Below the pieces are notes generated by a model. The model did not search any database. It was not told the DNA's origin and worked only from the letters and a program-made list of their open reading frames with translations. Made by a program: the position numbers and the translations under genes. 64,000 nt of DNA from Fistulifera solaris (taxonomy: Eukaryota), in NCBI GenBank assembly GCA_030295235.1, contig AP026148.1:372001-436000 (forward strand), given 5' to 3'. Shown here piece by piece: positions 46,084-57,127 of this stretch (positions are counted from its first letter, which is position 1; each line of letters opens with the position of its first letter).

Positions 46084-46799
46084 ATGATAACAAGATCGAA
46101 CCAAATTCGCAAAGGAAGGTCTCCAGCCGGTGAGAAGGCCCACGGGGGCTTTCATTGCAAGTTTCATTTTATCATTATTTGGCTCTTCCTTCACGTGCCG
46201 TCAATTGCTGTTCGACCTTCATTCTCCAGAAGCTCTTCATCAAACTTGCGATCACCTGTTGGTTTTGATAGCACACAATTCTTTCGAATTGCGAATTTTT
46301 ATGTTGTCAATGACGGAAATTCGACTCACGTCAAACAAGATGATCAACTTTCCCGATGGGGATTTGATACAGAGATGAAGGAGTCGAGTGTAGATGATTA
46401 CATCGAGTTTCTCAACAGACGTCACTACCACTTGACGAGTGAAAGGGACGAGTCGGAAAGCGAACTGCGATTTTATTTGCGAAAATGGCTCACAAAAAGC
46501 GTGCAAGGGGCAATGCGCTACCACTGCGGCACCCCTCTTTACTACCTCTGGAACAGGCGCCTCTACCGAAAAACGATTTGAAGCGGCCTCGAAATGCTTT
46601 TTTGACTGCCGTAAATACGAACTTTAGAAAGCTAGTCAAATTTTGGTCAGAACAGATGACGCGCACAGTCAAGTTGGCTCAGCGCCACCTACAGGAGTTA
46701 CCCGCGACTCTTCGAAAATATGGCTCTTGGTTAAAAATACTTATGCAGTCATTAAGCAACCTCTTCATCGGGGGCTCCAGGACGAGAAGGATTGAGTGA
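46084..46799 (+). CDS. Hypothetical protein, paralogue of the 47407 gene; frameshifted, possibly degenerate
   Basis: Shares the SVDDYIEFLNRR motif with its neighbour; two overlapping ORFs (46084-46581, 46485-46799). Confidence 0.4.
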
Positions 46800-47406
46800 C
46801 AAGCAACTACTTTTCCCCAATCAAGCGAGCAGCAGCTTTGGGTTGCGCCTCAAGATCTTGATTCTCGATTGGTGAAACTGCATGTTGTATATATGTTATA
46901 ATGTTGTTAAATTATGTTGTTTCTTACCAAATCCTTGAAATTAGACTAAGGTTAGTAAAAGCCGTTCCCACCGAGGCACTAACATCTTGAGTGCATGGCT
47001 TTAATTTTTACCGACGCTATCCACGCTGGTAAAAGTACACAAACAGTTGTATCGCAAAATCGACCGCAATGGTATATTCGGTGTTTAAATTATACCGAAA
47101 TTGTCACACTCTTCCATAGAAAGTAGTGGCCTTCAAGTTGCGTTTTGGAACTTGGCATCTGGCACCTAATCTCAAAACGGAAGGTAGAGTCTCCACTATA
47201 CGCTCGAAAGTACAAGGACCAAAGGTTGGAATTCTAAATAATGGAATAATCGTGAAGCATCGGAGAAGCGCAGGAATGAAAAAGTCCGCGAATTAAAATT
47301 TTGGATCCCATAAACAAAAACTCCCCCATCTCCAATGCATCTTTTATTTTTACACAAACTAGACGATCCATACAACCAGAGATACAACAACAATACTATC
47401 AACAGC

Positions 47407-48068
47407 ATGAAAGCGAAGCACCTGTTACATTTATTTTCAGCGTACTTACTCGCGACCGTATCATACGCTTTGCAAGGGCGAGTTGCACCTTTGAGAGAGT
47501 TCACTAGACTGAATTACAAAGAGGAATACATTGTTGCCCATCATGTGCAATCTTCGGAGCAGCAGGAAAGTGTCGATGCATATTTGGAGTTCCTTCACAA
47601 TCGATACAGTCGAATGAATGACGAAACAGAGCTTATTGTAGGCAGCACTGGAAGAAAAAGCTCGCCTACATGGCAACATTCAAGCTTCGAAGACGTTGGC
47701 GCCTTGGAGGCGCTCGGTTTATCCAGTCTTGCTAGCCAAAAGCTTTTGCATAAATATCACATGACATCAAAGACTCCATCAATTGAAAGCAAACTGAGCT
47801 CAGGACTAAGCAAGGTTACGGGCGTACTTGTTCTACTTAGGAAACGCTTCATCGCTCTTTATGAAGCCAAACTTCGCGCCCTTTCGTCAGTTCTGCTGCA
47901 CGCAATAAGGACAATGCCTCAGAGTTTCAAGAAATTGATTACTCTTGGTGGCGGGAAGCAGTCCCTTTGTTGTCCATGTCTTTGATATCTGTTTTTCTCT
48001 TTTCAGTTGTTCGCCCGTTGAATCAGAGTCTTCTCAACGGCGCTTTGCAGCAAGTTACTAGAGCCTGA
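47407..48068 (+). CDS. Hypothetical signal-peptide protein with SVDAYLEFLHNRY motif and hydrophobic C-terminal segment; T-run frameshift near 47966
   Basis: MKAKHLLHLFSAYLLATVSYA signal peptide; ALEALGLSSLASQKLL; restored tail SLLLSMSLISVFLFSVVRP...RA*. Confidence 0.6.
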
Positions 48069-48434
48069 AGAAGTTTATGCGCGGTTTTGAGAGGATCACT
48101 AAAGGAATATATGTTGGATTTTGCAAGTGTTAACGGGTGCAGCGTCAAGAGCGCGATTTTTCATAAAGAACAAGTGATCACACTGAGCTCCGGGTTGTCC
48201 TGGATTCGAAACTCATTATACACCTAGAATACGATAGACGATAAACACATAAATAACAATTAAATCTTTGATTCAGTTGTCCCTTTTTCTCTCTCTCTTT
48301 AAGAGCTCTTGCCTCGTCTCGATCCATCATCTTTCATCGCCCGAAGCATCACCTAGAAAATGGTCCCCCCTCAGTACGCTTAACTACATTTTGTTATAGA
48401 CTAATCACATAGTACCGTATTAAGTAGGGGTCGT

Positions 48435-48660
48435 GACCGTTCGCCAATTTTGGTCCGTTGCTGTTGAGCGCTGTGCAACCAGGCGTTATAGGTCCTTGCT
48501 ACCAGGATAGGACGTTAAAATTCTGCCTCCAAGTACAAGATTCTACGTAGAGTCGACGACGAGGCAGAATTTTAACTTTAACGCCGTTCGCTGGGAACGT
48601 ATTTACTTCCGCCCAACGTTTGTCGCGAGTCGCGAGGACATCTGTGTCCGTAGGAAACGT
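48435..48660. other. Intergenic multi-hairpin element with a perfect 16-bp inverted repeat (48514-48529 / 48561-48576); candidate structured ncRNA or small mobile-element remnant
   Basis: GTTAAAATTCTGCCTC...GAGGCAGAATTTTAAC plus about seven additional short helices read directly from the sequence. Confidence 0.55.
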
Positions 48661-48710
48661 AAGCTAGAATTTCTTAGAATTAGTTTTCATTTAAGTCAAT
48701 AGGTGCCTGT

Positions 48711-50210
48711 CTAAGATACTATGCAGACTCTCGACGAGCTCTTCCCAGTGCGACTGTTGCTATTTGACGTTGCAGCAGTCCGGCGTCGATGTTCGGCTGC
48801 ACGCTGGTCCTCTTCTGCTTGCAGTTGACAGGCCAGATGGAGACTCTCCTGTTCAAAATTGTTGTTCTGTTTCTCTTGAAGCTGTATAGCCAAAAGTCGA
48901 TCGGTGTCTTCATGTGATTCCGGTTGGTTAACTGGGGGTGGTTTCCGAGCGTCGTCCGGTAATACATCATTCATTCCAGGAGGAGGTTCAACGATGCCGT
49001 GATATTCCCGTAAGCTTGCTTCCGTCGCTGCCGCCATGAGCTTGCCTTCCTGCTCGTCCAATCTCTGCTGCAGCGGTTTTTCTCCGGTAGCCGCCCGTCC
49101 TGACAATTCCAAAGCCAGCTGATAATCAGCATCTTCTTGACTGCTCATCGCCATCATTTGTTCAGGCGTCAGAGTAGGACCAAGCGAAAGGATTTGATCC
49201 TGCGATCCCAATGCCTTAAAATCACTATTTACATAATCCGTATCCCCATCAATCACATCCAAACGCTCCCACACAATCGCTGGCGAATTGGCATATCCGA
49301 GATCCGTCACCAACAAGTACAAATGTCCATCTTCGTGCTTGGTCAACGTTCCAAAGTGATTATTGCGGAAAAAGACACACAACTCGTTTACTTGAACGTT
49401 TTCACGCAACAGCTCCAATCCATAGTGAGTCAGCTGATGGCTCGTTTGATCCAAAAATTGTTGAGCCAGCAAAGCATCGTGCATTTCTTTTCCAGAAGCT
49501 CCGATTTCGTTTGCAGATCGTCCAGAGGGCTCATCAGTTCACTTTCTGAATTGACGTGCAATGCATCGATTCGACTTTTTATTTGCAACAGTTCCTCTCC
49601 TTTCTCTTGTGCATGAATGATTCTATCTATCAGAATGTTGTACGTATCGGAACCAACCGCACGAAACGTCGCTTCGTCCGTTATATCCACCAACCACCCG
49701 TGCACTAATTTACAGCGTAACATATCAAATGCCGTCAACTGCGCCGTATACTCGTAACCTGTAATCCCTTTGGTAAAAGCAGGATTCACATCCATTCCAA
49801 ATTGAAACTTCGGAATGTGTTCCATCAATTCATCGACATAGACCGCATGATCGTGTTCCGAGTTCGACATGGCGTGTTCGGCCAACATGTTGGCTATATT
49901 ATCCAATGATGCGATCCCTTTCCGGACCGCTTCCGATGGCAGAGTGCAGTCGCCTCGTAACAACAAGCAATTTGCTGCCGCTAAAAGAGGACAGGGTCCA
50001 TTCTCGTTCTGTAACAATATAAATCGATCGTGATTCTTAAAGACGCAACAAAATAGACTGGCTCAGGTTGATGTAGAAATAACGCTGCATTGCAGGACGC
50101 TGATGTGAAACCGAATCAAGTGTTCGTTTGGATGATTTGCTTACCTGATATTGCACCGTCTTCAATCGATACACCATCGTGATCGAGGGTGAACTATTCT
50201 CATTGCTCAT
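48711..50210 (-). CDS. MINDY-family deubiquitinase (MINDY1/2-like) with C-terminal MIU-like motifs; intron 50036-50144; A-run frameshift near 49490
   Basis: Catalytic QNENGPCPLLAAAN, LVHGWL, FFRNNHF, LLVTDLGY; ubiquitin-binding-like DADYQLALEL, DRLLAIQLQ, SLHLACQLQAEE. Confidence 0.9.
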
Positions 50211-50600
50211 GGGTTTCAACTTGTTATTACTCTACCTCGTGGCTAGTTCTTTCCAGCTTTGGATGTTATGATGTTACGTAATATGAGAGAAGGATAATTG
50301 TTTCCAAGCTTCAGCTGCGTTTACTCACAAACGGAAATCACTCGTGCATATCCACTTTTTTCTCGATCTCGATCGTTGCATCGAAAGTCCAAAAACGGTC
50401 GGTTATGGATCTTGCCTGGAATGCCTGGAATGTACTCTCCGCACAAGAGTAGATCGGTTGCGGGAAAACCGGCATCGATGCGACGAAAACACGATCCTCC
50501 CGTCGCATCTTTCCCACAAATTATCAATCGATGCGACAAAACGCGCCGCCGTATCTTGTTTCACAAACGTAACTTGCATTGCAGCGAAAGAAAAAGCAAC

Positions 50601-51395
50601 ATGTACTTTTCAAACAGACGCATAACTGCATGTACACTGCTGCTTTGCTGTATTCTAGGAAAGGATTGCACAGCCTTTACACCGGCTGATGTAGCTTCTC
50701 GAAAGTCTTTGTCAATTCGAGCGTTTCAGGATCCGGGCGAGGATGATTTTTCCTCCTTTATTGATCAGAACCGAAGGAAATTGTGGATCCAAGGTGTCAC
50801 TCGCACACTCTCGGTCGGAGTACTCACAGCGGCACTGTTTTCGTGGACGCGACCGGTTTGGGCGGGAACACGTTCGAGAACAGATGGATATTCCGTGCAG
50901 AAATCAGAGGAAGCATGGAAAAAGCAACTCAGTGAGATGCAGTATTTTGTCTTGCGACAGGGTGGTACCGAACGACCGGGATACAGTATATTGGTAAAAG
51001 AGAAACGTTCGGGTGTGTACAAATGCGCGGGATGCGGTGCCGAGCTCTTCGCGTCCGGTGATAAATTTGCGTCGGGGACCGGTTGGCCGTCCTTTGCGCG
51101 GGGATTGATGGGTGTGGAAACGGAGATTGTTGATCCCATCACTGCGAAACTTTCCGGTGCCGAATTGCGATGCAAAACATGTGGAGGTCATCTCGGCGAC
51201 GTATTTCAGGATGGCTTTTTGTTTGTTGGGACGGAAGCGTTCAAAACAGGCAAACGTTATTGTATCGATGGTGCAGCTTTAGTTTTTGAATCAGAAGATG
51301 GTTCATTCTTGCGCGGAGATATTGCAGCAGAACAAAAGGAACCAGACTGGATGAATTCACCTAAGATTGCCTCGCGTAGTCGCGAGGACCCATGA
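50601..51395 (+). CDS. msrB: Methionine-R-sulfoxide reductase MsrB, zinc type, plastid-targeted
   Basis: GTERP, CAGC, KFASGTGWPSF, CKTC, GHLGDVFQDG, RYCIDG; signal peptide plus TAF motif. Confidence 0.93.
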   Translation: MYFSNRRITACTLLLCCILGKDCTAFTPADVASRKSLSIRAFQDPGEDDFSSFIDQNRRKLWIQGVTRTLSVGVLTAALFSWTRPVWAGTRSRTDGYSVQKSEEAWKKQLSEMQYFVLRQGGTERPGYSILVKEKRSGVYKCAGCGAELFASGDKFASGTGWPSFARGLMGVETEIVDPITAKLSGAELRCKTCGGHLGDVFQDGFLFVGTEAFKTGKRYCIDGAALVFESEDGSFLRGDIAAEQKEPDWMNSPKIASRSREDP

Positions 51396-51670
51396 AGTCC
51401 CGATGAGATGTTGCGTTGCCAAGTTGTTATTTCTTTATTTTTGGTTGCGCTTTTTTATGGTTAAATGACGGAATCAAGATTTTAAATAACTTCATTTCTC
51501 CGTATTCTTTGAGCTGTTTTTATTAGACAATTCGTGACTGGGATGCGTGACCGGCGAGTGGGCAACAATTATTGCCTAACGCCTAACCTTATTAAAACGT
51601 TTGACAATAACGACAACAAAACGATAAGATCCCAAGACGAAGGAGTGTATTACTCATTGCAATTCACGAC

Positions 51671-52678
51671 ATGTCAATTCCCGTTGTTTCTAGAGACCCA
51701 CGATTCCGAGCAGGCCGAACCTTGCTGCAACGAGGGCAGTGCGAACAAGCGACCAGTATCTTTGCCACACTGCTCGAAGAGGCGCGGACCAAATTCGGAC
51801 AGGATAGTATCGAAACAGCTCCGGCGTATTATGAATACGGAAATGCTTTGTTTCGTACACATCAACAGCAACTACAAATACAAGAAGAACAACAAGGGGA
51901 ACAAGCAATCAAAGAAGAGAAGCTACATGCACGAGAAGCGGCCGCGGCAGCAGCCGAATTTCGTCTGAAAGGAAATACGGCTCAAAACGATACGAAGTAT
52001 AACAATGTTCAACCACTTAAAATTGAATCAAAGGAGTTGCCTCTAAACGAGGCTCAGTCTGACGACGAAAATGATGCAGAGCTAGCTTTGGAAATGATGG
52101 AAACTGCTTGGTCAATTTTAGATAATTATTCGGAGAGCCCTCTTTCCGACTATTACTCCACATGGCTCACAGAGCAGTCTCCTCGAGTTCTAGTTGGTAT
52201 AGGAGACGTCTTGTCTTGTTTAGAGCGACATGCCGATGCCGCCGATGTGTACCTACGAGCACTCGCCTTACGTCAGAAAGCGGTGTCGGAGGCGAAAGAT
52301 GCAGCCACGGAATCCATCGAGCTTCTTCGATACCGGAGACTGGTAGTTGAGGCAAATATACTCGTAGCCGAAGAACTGCTAGCATGCCCCCAAGAGAAAG
52401 ATGTAGTGACGACGGAGACGAAAGTAACTCTTGTTAGTGCTACCGAAAGGGTAGAATACGCGAGAGGCTACTATGAAAATGCTAGAGAAGAGCTGCAAGA
52501 GACTGTATTACTGATGGGTGCGTTAGCAGCGAAAGGCTTTGATGTTAGCGAAGAAAAAGAGGATATCTGTAATGTCTCTGTCATGGTCATGGGGGTCGGG
52601 ATCACTTTCGCACAAATGGACGAACAGAGCAGCACCGCCGCAGAAGAGTCTCCCAAGAAAAAGCCACGAAAGTCGTAA
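51671..52678 (+). CDS. NASP/Sim3/Hif1-like SHNi-TPR histone chaperone
   Basis: APAYYEYGNALF, an acidic interruption, LALEMMETAWSIL, TPR-like helices and C-terminal NLS PKKKPRKS. Confidence 0.7.
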   Translation: MSIPVVSRDPRFRAGRTLLQRGQCEQATSIFATLLEEARTKFGQDSIETAPAYYEYGNALFRTHQQQLQIQEEQQGEQAIKEEKLHAREAAAAAAEFRLKGNTAQNDTKYNNVQPLKIESKELPLNEAQSDDENDAELALEMMETAWSILDNYSESPLSDYYSTWLTEQSPRVLVGIGDVLSCLERHADAADVYLRALALRQKAVSEAKDAATESIELLRYRRLVVEANILVAEELLACPQEKDVVTTETKVTLVSATERVEYARGYYENAREELQETVLLMGALAAKGFDVSEEKEDICNVSVMVMGVGITFAQMDEQSSTAAEESPKKKPRKS

Positions 52679-53063
52679 CTGTGGCTTTGTAACTACAGTT
52701 CATCAAATAATCGGCCTTTAAAAGTCTACCTTCTTTTGTTTGGAAGATACTTTGTACCGGTACCTGGTATTCTACACAATGTTCCGCAGACGCTAATGTT
52801 TATCTATACTTGTACTTTTACGGCAGGTTTTCGCACGTTTCGTTTTTTGGTGCCGCTACGAGCGTTTTTCGTTTTACGATCTCCGCGAAAAATCGCCAGA
52901 TCCGCGACATCCCAGGCAAAAAAAACTCATGCCACCGCGCTACCTGGTATTATTATTACGTAGTATGTGACGATGACCATGACGCGTTGGCCCCGTCAGG
53001 CTCATTTATGTTTAATTCTTTGCTAAAAAGTTATCTTTTCAAAGTTACTGCAATAGTTTGTCC

Positions 53064-53488
53064 ATGGTGACTCATTCGGTACGTGACATATGTTTGAAAC
53101 TACCAAGTCCGAAAAGAATTCTCTCTGACTGGCACGATTCATCACCTGGTGTCTTCTCAGGCTACTGGTAGCTCGAACCATCCCGACTTTTCAAAAAAGG
53201 AGGAATTTCGTCGTTATTTGGAGAAATCAGGAGTTTTGGATGCTCTGACAAAAGTACTTGTGAGTTTGTACGAGGGTGCGTAATACTCTGTTGTTAAAGT
53301 CCATTTGGGATCGTTTTTAAGTTCTCACCTCGTACACAGAGCCTGAACGCCCCAAAAATGCAATCGACTACGTGAAGAAATTTCTCGGCGCACCTACTTC
53401 TGTAGATATTGATGGTTTGCGTAGAGAAAACGAAGAGCTCAAGAAACAGTTAGAGACGGTGCGAAAGCAATCCGGGACGCGAAAGTGA
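53064..53488 (+). CDS. MYCBP: c-Myc-binding protein (MYCBP/AMY-1, FAP174-like), 3 exons: 53064-53078, 53161-53275, 53340-53488
   Basis: Spliced translation SKKEEFRRYLEKSGVLDALTKVLVSLYEEPERPKNAIDYVKKFLGA...LRRENEELK; canonical GT-AG introns; absent from the ORF track. Confidence 0.9.
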
Positions 53489-53978
53489 TATTTTTTGTTT
53501 ATATAGACTATTGATAGTCAAACTCGTAAGAGCTTCTTTTCCTAAACAAAGCATAGTGTTTAATTGAAATGGAAAAGCAATCATTCTTGGTCATTATCAT
53601 ACTTGGCACAAGCTAGGGATAAATTGTTGCGACAATACCAAATTGACGCCAATTTCGTAAACAACTTTGGTACACTTAGACGATCCCCAATGTCTGTAGT
53701 ACGGGTAGCTTGTTGTTGCCTTAGATTGGAAGTGTTGTGTCTACTCCTGTTTTGAGAAGGATCTGGTTGCAATACCCTCTGGGCGTTTGGCGGGACTGCA
53801 TCGGGACTTCACAATCTAGCCGGTAAAAACGTTAAATCAACTGGAAATATTAAACTTACTACAGTACATTACAACTTGTCTCTATAATCTATAGCAAAAC
53901 GCATGCCCGCTTCCATCCACATTATTTTTAATTGCTACACGACGCGCAAGGAAAAAGGAGAAAAAAAACGGAGAACGA

Positions 53979-55175
53979 ATGGTTGATACTAATGGTAGAC
54001 GAATGAAATCATCGAGTCCAACGAGCAGCTCATTTACATTAGTGGCCGTCGCATTATCCTCAGCGTTGTGCGCATCCGCATTATCTTACTGGTTGACAGA
54101 GAGGAGAAGATCGAATGAAATTGCTATTCTGAAAGAGAGACGTCAAGAGGAGCGGACGGGACGAATCCGTGCGGAAATCAAGCTTCGCACGGCTTTAAAA
54201 GAATGTATCAAACAGACCTCAACACTAGATGCTGAAGTAGAGAGTTTACGTGCGCTTTCGTCTTCTCCCACGCCCTCTCCCAAGTCCGACCCATTGAGCA
54301 TGCAATTACGCGCCATTGGAACAATTGTTTCACCGTACACGAAGCGAATGGGGACGCCACGGCAGCCTCAGTTAGTACCATCGTCGCGGGGCTTCATTGA
54401 TTTGGACCAAGTTCCGCAGGCAAGTGTGGTGGGAATAACGGACTACAGTCATATCTGGATCATTTTTGAGTTTCATGCCAACACTGACTTGAATACTACC
54501 AAGCGTACAAAAATTCGACCACCGAGAGGGGGAGGGATCAAAGTTGGACAACTAGCAACTCGTTCGCCGCATCGCCCGAATCCGATAGGATTGTCTTTGG
54601 TAAAAGTCGAAAAGTGGGACGAAACACACAGACGATTGTACATCTCGGGCCTGGATCTTGTCCACGGGACACCTGTATTTGATATCAAACCATGCGTTCC
54701 GTGGGATATTCCGGGTTATCCTCATCGACCAGATCGCTTTTTAAAAGTCCCACAATGGGATTCGCAAGACGATGAACTTTCAGAGGTGTATTTTACCGAT
54801 CACGCGCTGCAACAACTACAACGAATGGTTATCGAAGGCCGTCTGGAACCATTGTACACTTCAGAGAACGATGGATTTGAAGGTGCTCGTCAAACGTTAA
54901 CCGAAGTACTAGCACAGGATCCCAGGAGCTCTCACAAAGGGTTAAGGGAAAATGCGAGAGGGACGACCCGGAAAAACGGAGAGCGTGATTCGACCTACAA
55001 GCTGGTTTTCGGGAAATGCCAAGTTGAATTTGTTGTAGAAGAAACGGAAGGAAAGAGGAGCTTTGCCAAGGTAATAGATGTCGTTGCTATTGATTTTCAC
55101 CCCGATAGTTTTGTGGACGGAGTTCCCTTGATGTCCGAAACTCTGGCCTTCAAGGAAAGCTTCTCTTCTGAATAG
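53979..55175 (+). CDS. TRMO: tRNA (t6A37)-N6-methyltransferase TrmO/TsaA family, with N-terminal TM helix and coiled coil
   Basis: GTPRQP, HIWIIFEFHAN, ATRSPHRPNPIGLS, GLDLVHGTPVFDIKP, VLAQDPR. Confidence 0.9.
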   Translation: MVDTNGRRMKSSSPTSSSFTLVAVALSSALCASALSYWLTERRRSNEIAILKERRQEERTGRIRAEIKLRTALKECIKQTSTLDAEVESLRALSSSPTPSPKSDPLSMQLRAIGTIVSPYTKRMGTPRQPQLVPSSRGFIDLDQVPQASVVGITDYSHIWIIFEFHANTDLNTTKRTKIRPPRGGGIKVGQLATRSPHRPNPIGLSLVKVEKWDETHRRLYISGLDLVHGTPVFDIKPCVPWDIPGYPHRPDRFLKVPQWDSQDDELSEVYFTDHALQQLQRMVIEGRLEPLYTSENDGFEGARQTLTEVLAQDPRSSHKGLRENARGTTRKNGERDSTYKLVFGKCQVEFVVEETEGKRSFAKVIDVVAIDFHPDSFVDGVPLMSETLAFKESFSSE

Positions 55176-55317
55176 GAAAGAATAGGATTGCACCAGGGCA
55201 CGATACATTGTATCGTAGAAATAGTTTAGATTTGCAAAACTCCCCATGATTTCAACCTTAGTGAAAGACGATGTTGCGCAATAATGCGGTCTGTATGTCA
55301 TCCGCATTCGCGATGGG

Positions 55318-56798
55318 ATGATGAACAACACCAAAAACGCGCGAAAAAGGGAGACCTACCGTAGTCTACCTTTGTCTCTTTGTCAAAGTGTTCAAAATGG
55401 AACCGCAAAATTCAGCGAAATCATGACTTTGATGGAAGTGGAAGTATCCGATCAGATACAGCGTCTCTTGTCACTGCGAGCAGAAGGACGGAGCAATTCT
55501 GTAGACTTTTTCCGTCGTGTTTCGAAGAAACGCTCACGACTTGAAAGGCAACTTTATCCTAGACTTCACAATGACGGTATAGTGCTATCGATGGAGGTAT
55601 GTGCACAGGGCCGATATCTCCTTTCTGGCGATAAAAAGGAATTATTTCGGTACACGATCTTTCGCCATGGGGATCACAGAAGCATTTAATTCATAAGAAA
55701 GGAGTCTCAGATGATTCGTGCAGAACTCATCGTCCTATTCAACAAGCCCAAGCGCCTCGGAGTACTTACATTGTATCCACACAATGGTATCCGGAAGATA
55801 CTGGGATGTTTTTTTCAGCGGCGCGGAGTGGCGTGTTTCACGTTTGGGACACCAATGAGATGCTGCCTGTCTTGAATGTGAAGCCCTACCAACACGAGGC
55901 CGTCGGTGCCAATTTAAGCTGTATGGAAATATCGAAACTCTCACATTCCGTAGCTGTCGGCTCTCCGCAATTGGGCAAGATCAAATTGGTTGATTTTCGA
56001 TCGGGCGCTTCTTCGCATACTTTGACAGGGCACAGCAAAGGCGTTTTGGATGTAGCATGGTCACCGGTCTCTCCTTACATGCTCGCCAGTGGCGGTCTTG
56101 ACTCTTGTATCATGCTATGGGATATCCGAAAATCGGGAAGTCTCGCTTGTATTACTGTTTTAGATGTTGATCGACGAGATGAAGCTGGTGTGCGCCGCCC
56201 TCATTTTTTTGACGGAAGACATCTACGTCGATCTTTGACAAAAAGAGCAGATCCAAAATCTGCGAAAGAGATACCTTCACCAAACAATTTTCAAGCGAAC
56301 GGAAAACAGCAATTGCTCCCTTTATCGCATTCGGGTGGCGTCGTTGGCTTGAGTTTTGATCCGTCAGGGAAGAACTTGGTCAGCGCTGGAGGGAACGGTG
56401 AGCTGAGTGTGTGGGATTTGAGCGGTACAGGATGCCGGATCCCGCGTCGGTTTGTATCAGCTGGTGGAGGCAGACCGGCAGATCCGTCTTTGAATGGCCG
56501 TGTGCCTCTAACAATCACGGGGCCGGTGAGCGAGGATATGGCGATCTGGACAAGGCATGGATCAAACCTTTGCGGCTATTCACTGGAAAATGGTGGTAAG
56601 CCAAGCACAGTGCTAAAGGGACATTTAGGATCCATACACACAATTGCTCCAATCGAGGTGTCTGGCCAACTCGTTTCATCGGCTACGGATGGACTGATCC
56701 TTCTTTGGGGTCCATCATCACCATCTTTCAAGAACTCTGAAGTATTTTATCAACGACAATCAAAGCGTCATCTTATTTACGATATGGATGACTGGTAG
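55318..56798 (+). CDS. ERCC8: CSA/ERCC8-like WD40 protein; A-run frameshift near 55636; start codon uncertain (55318 or 55423)
   Basis: GRYLLSG, restored QWYPEDTGMFFS, DFRSGASSHTLTGH, WSP...LASGGLD, LWDIRKSG; acidic DDW end. Confidence 0.8.
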
Positions 56799-57127
56799 CA
56801 TATTACAGGAGCTGATGATACTATTGATTTTGGAGTATTTCGTTGGAATCTTAGTGTCTCGTACTTATTAGGGACTGAGTTAGGTTCATATCGACGCAGT
56901 AGAAACATACGTAGAAAGTGTACTGGTGCCAAATCAACCCCCAGTCCGCACTCCGCAGTCCGCACTGCTGTGTACTTTGTACTTTGCATTCATCACGCTG
57001 CGGGCCGCCACGCCAAAAAAATTCCCGTGTGTTTTTTCGCCGCGCGGGCATCAAAAACGCAACGGTTCGTCGCAGCAACGACTCTAAAAAAGTACGCTTA
57101 TAGATTACTGGTACCGGTACCGTGACC

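Noticed and set aside
48616..48660. Hammerhead ribozyme (three-way junction with GAGGAC...GTCC...GAAAC)
   Set aside because: The CUGAnGA catalytic core is missing.
48425..48660. TPP riboswitch (GGGGTC start, CGTAGGAA end)
   Set aside because: No CUGAGA or CUGAU/AAUG core, and no thiamine-related gene adjacent.
50601..51395. Selenoprotein MsrB
   Set aside because: The catalytic residue is an ordinary Cys codon (RYCID); no in-frame TGA.
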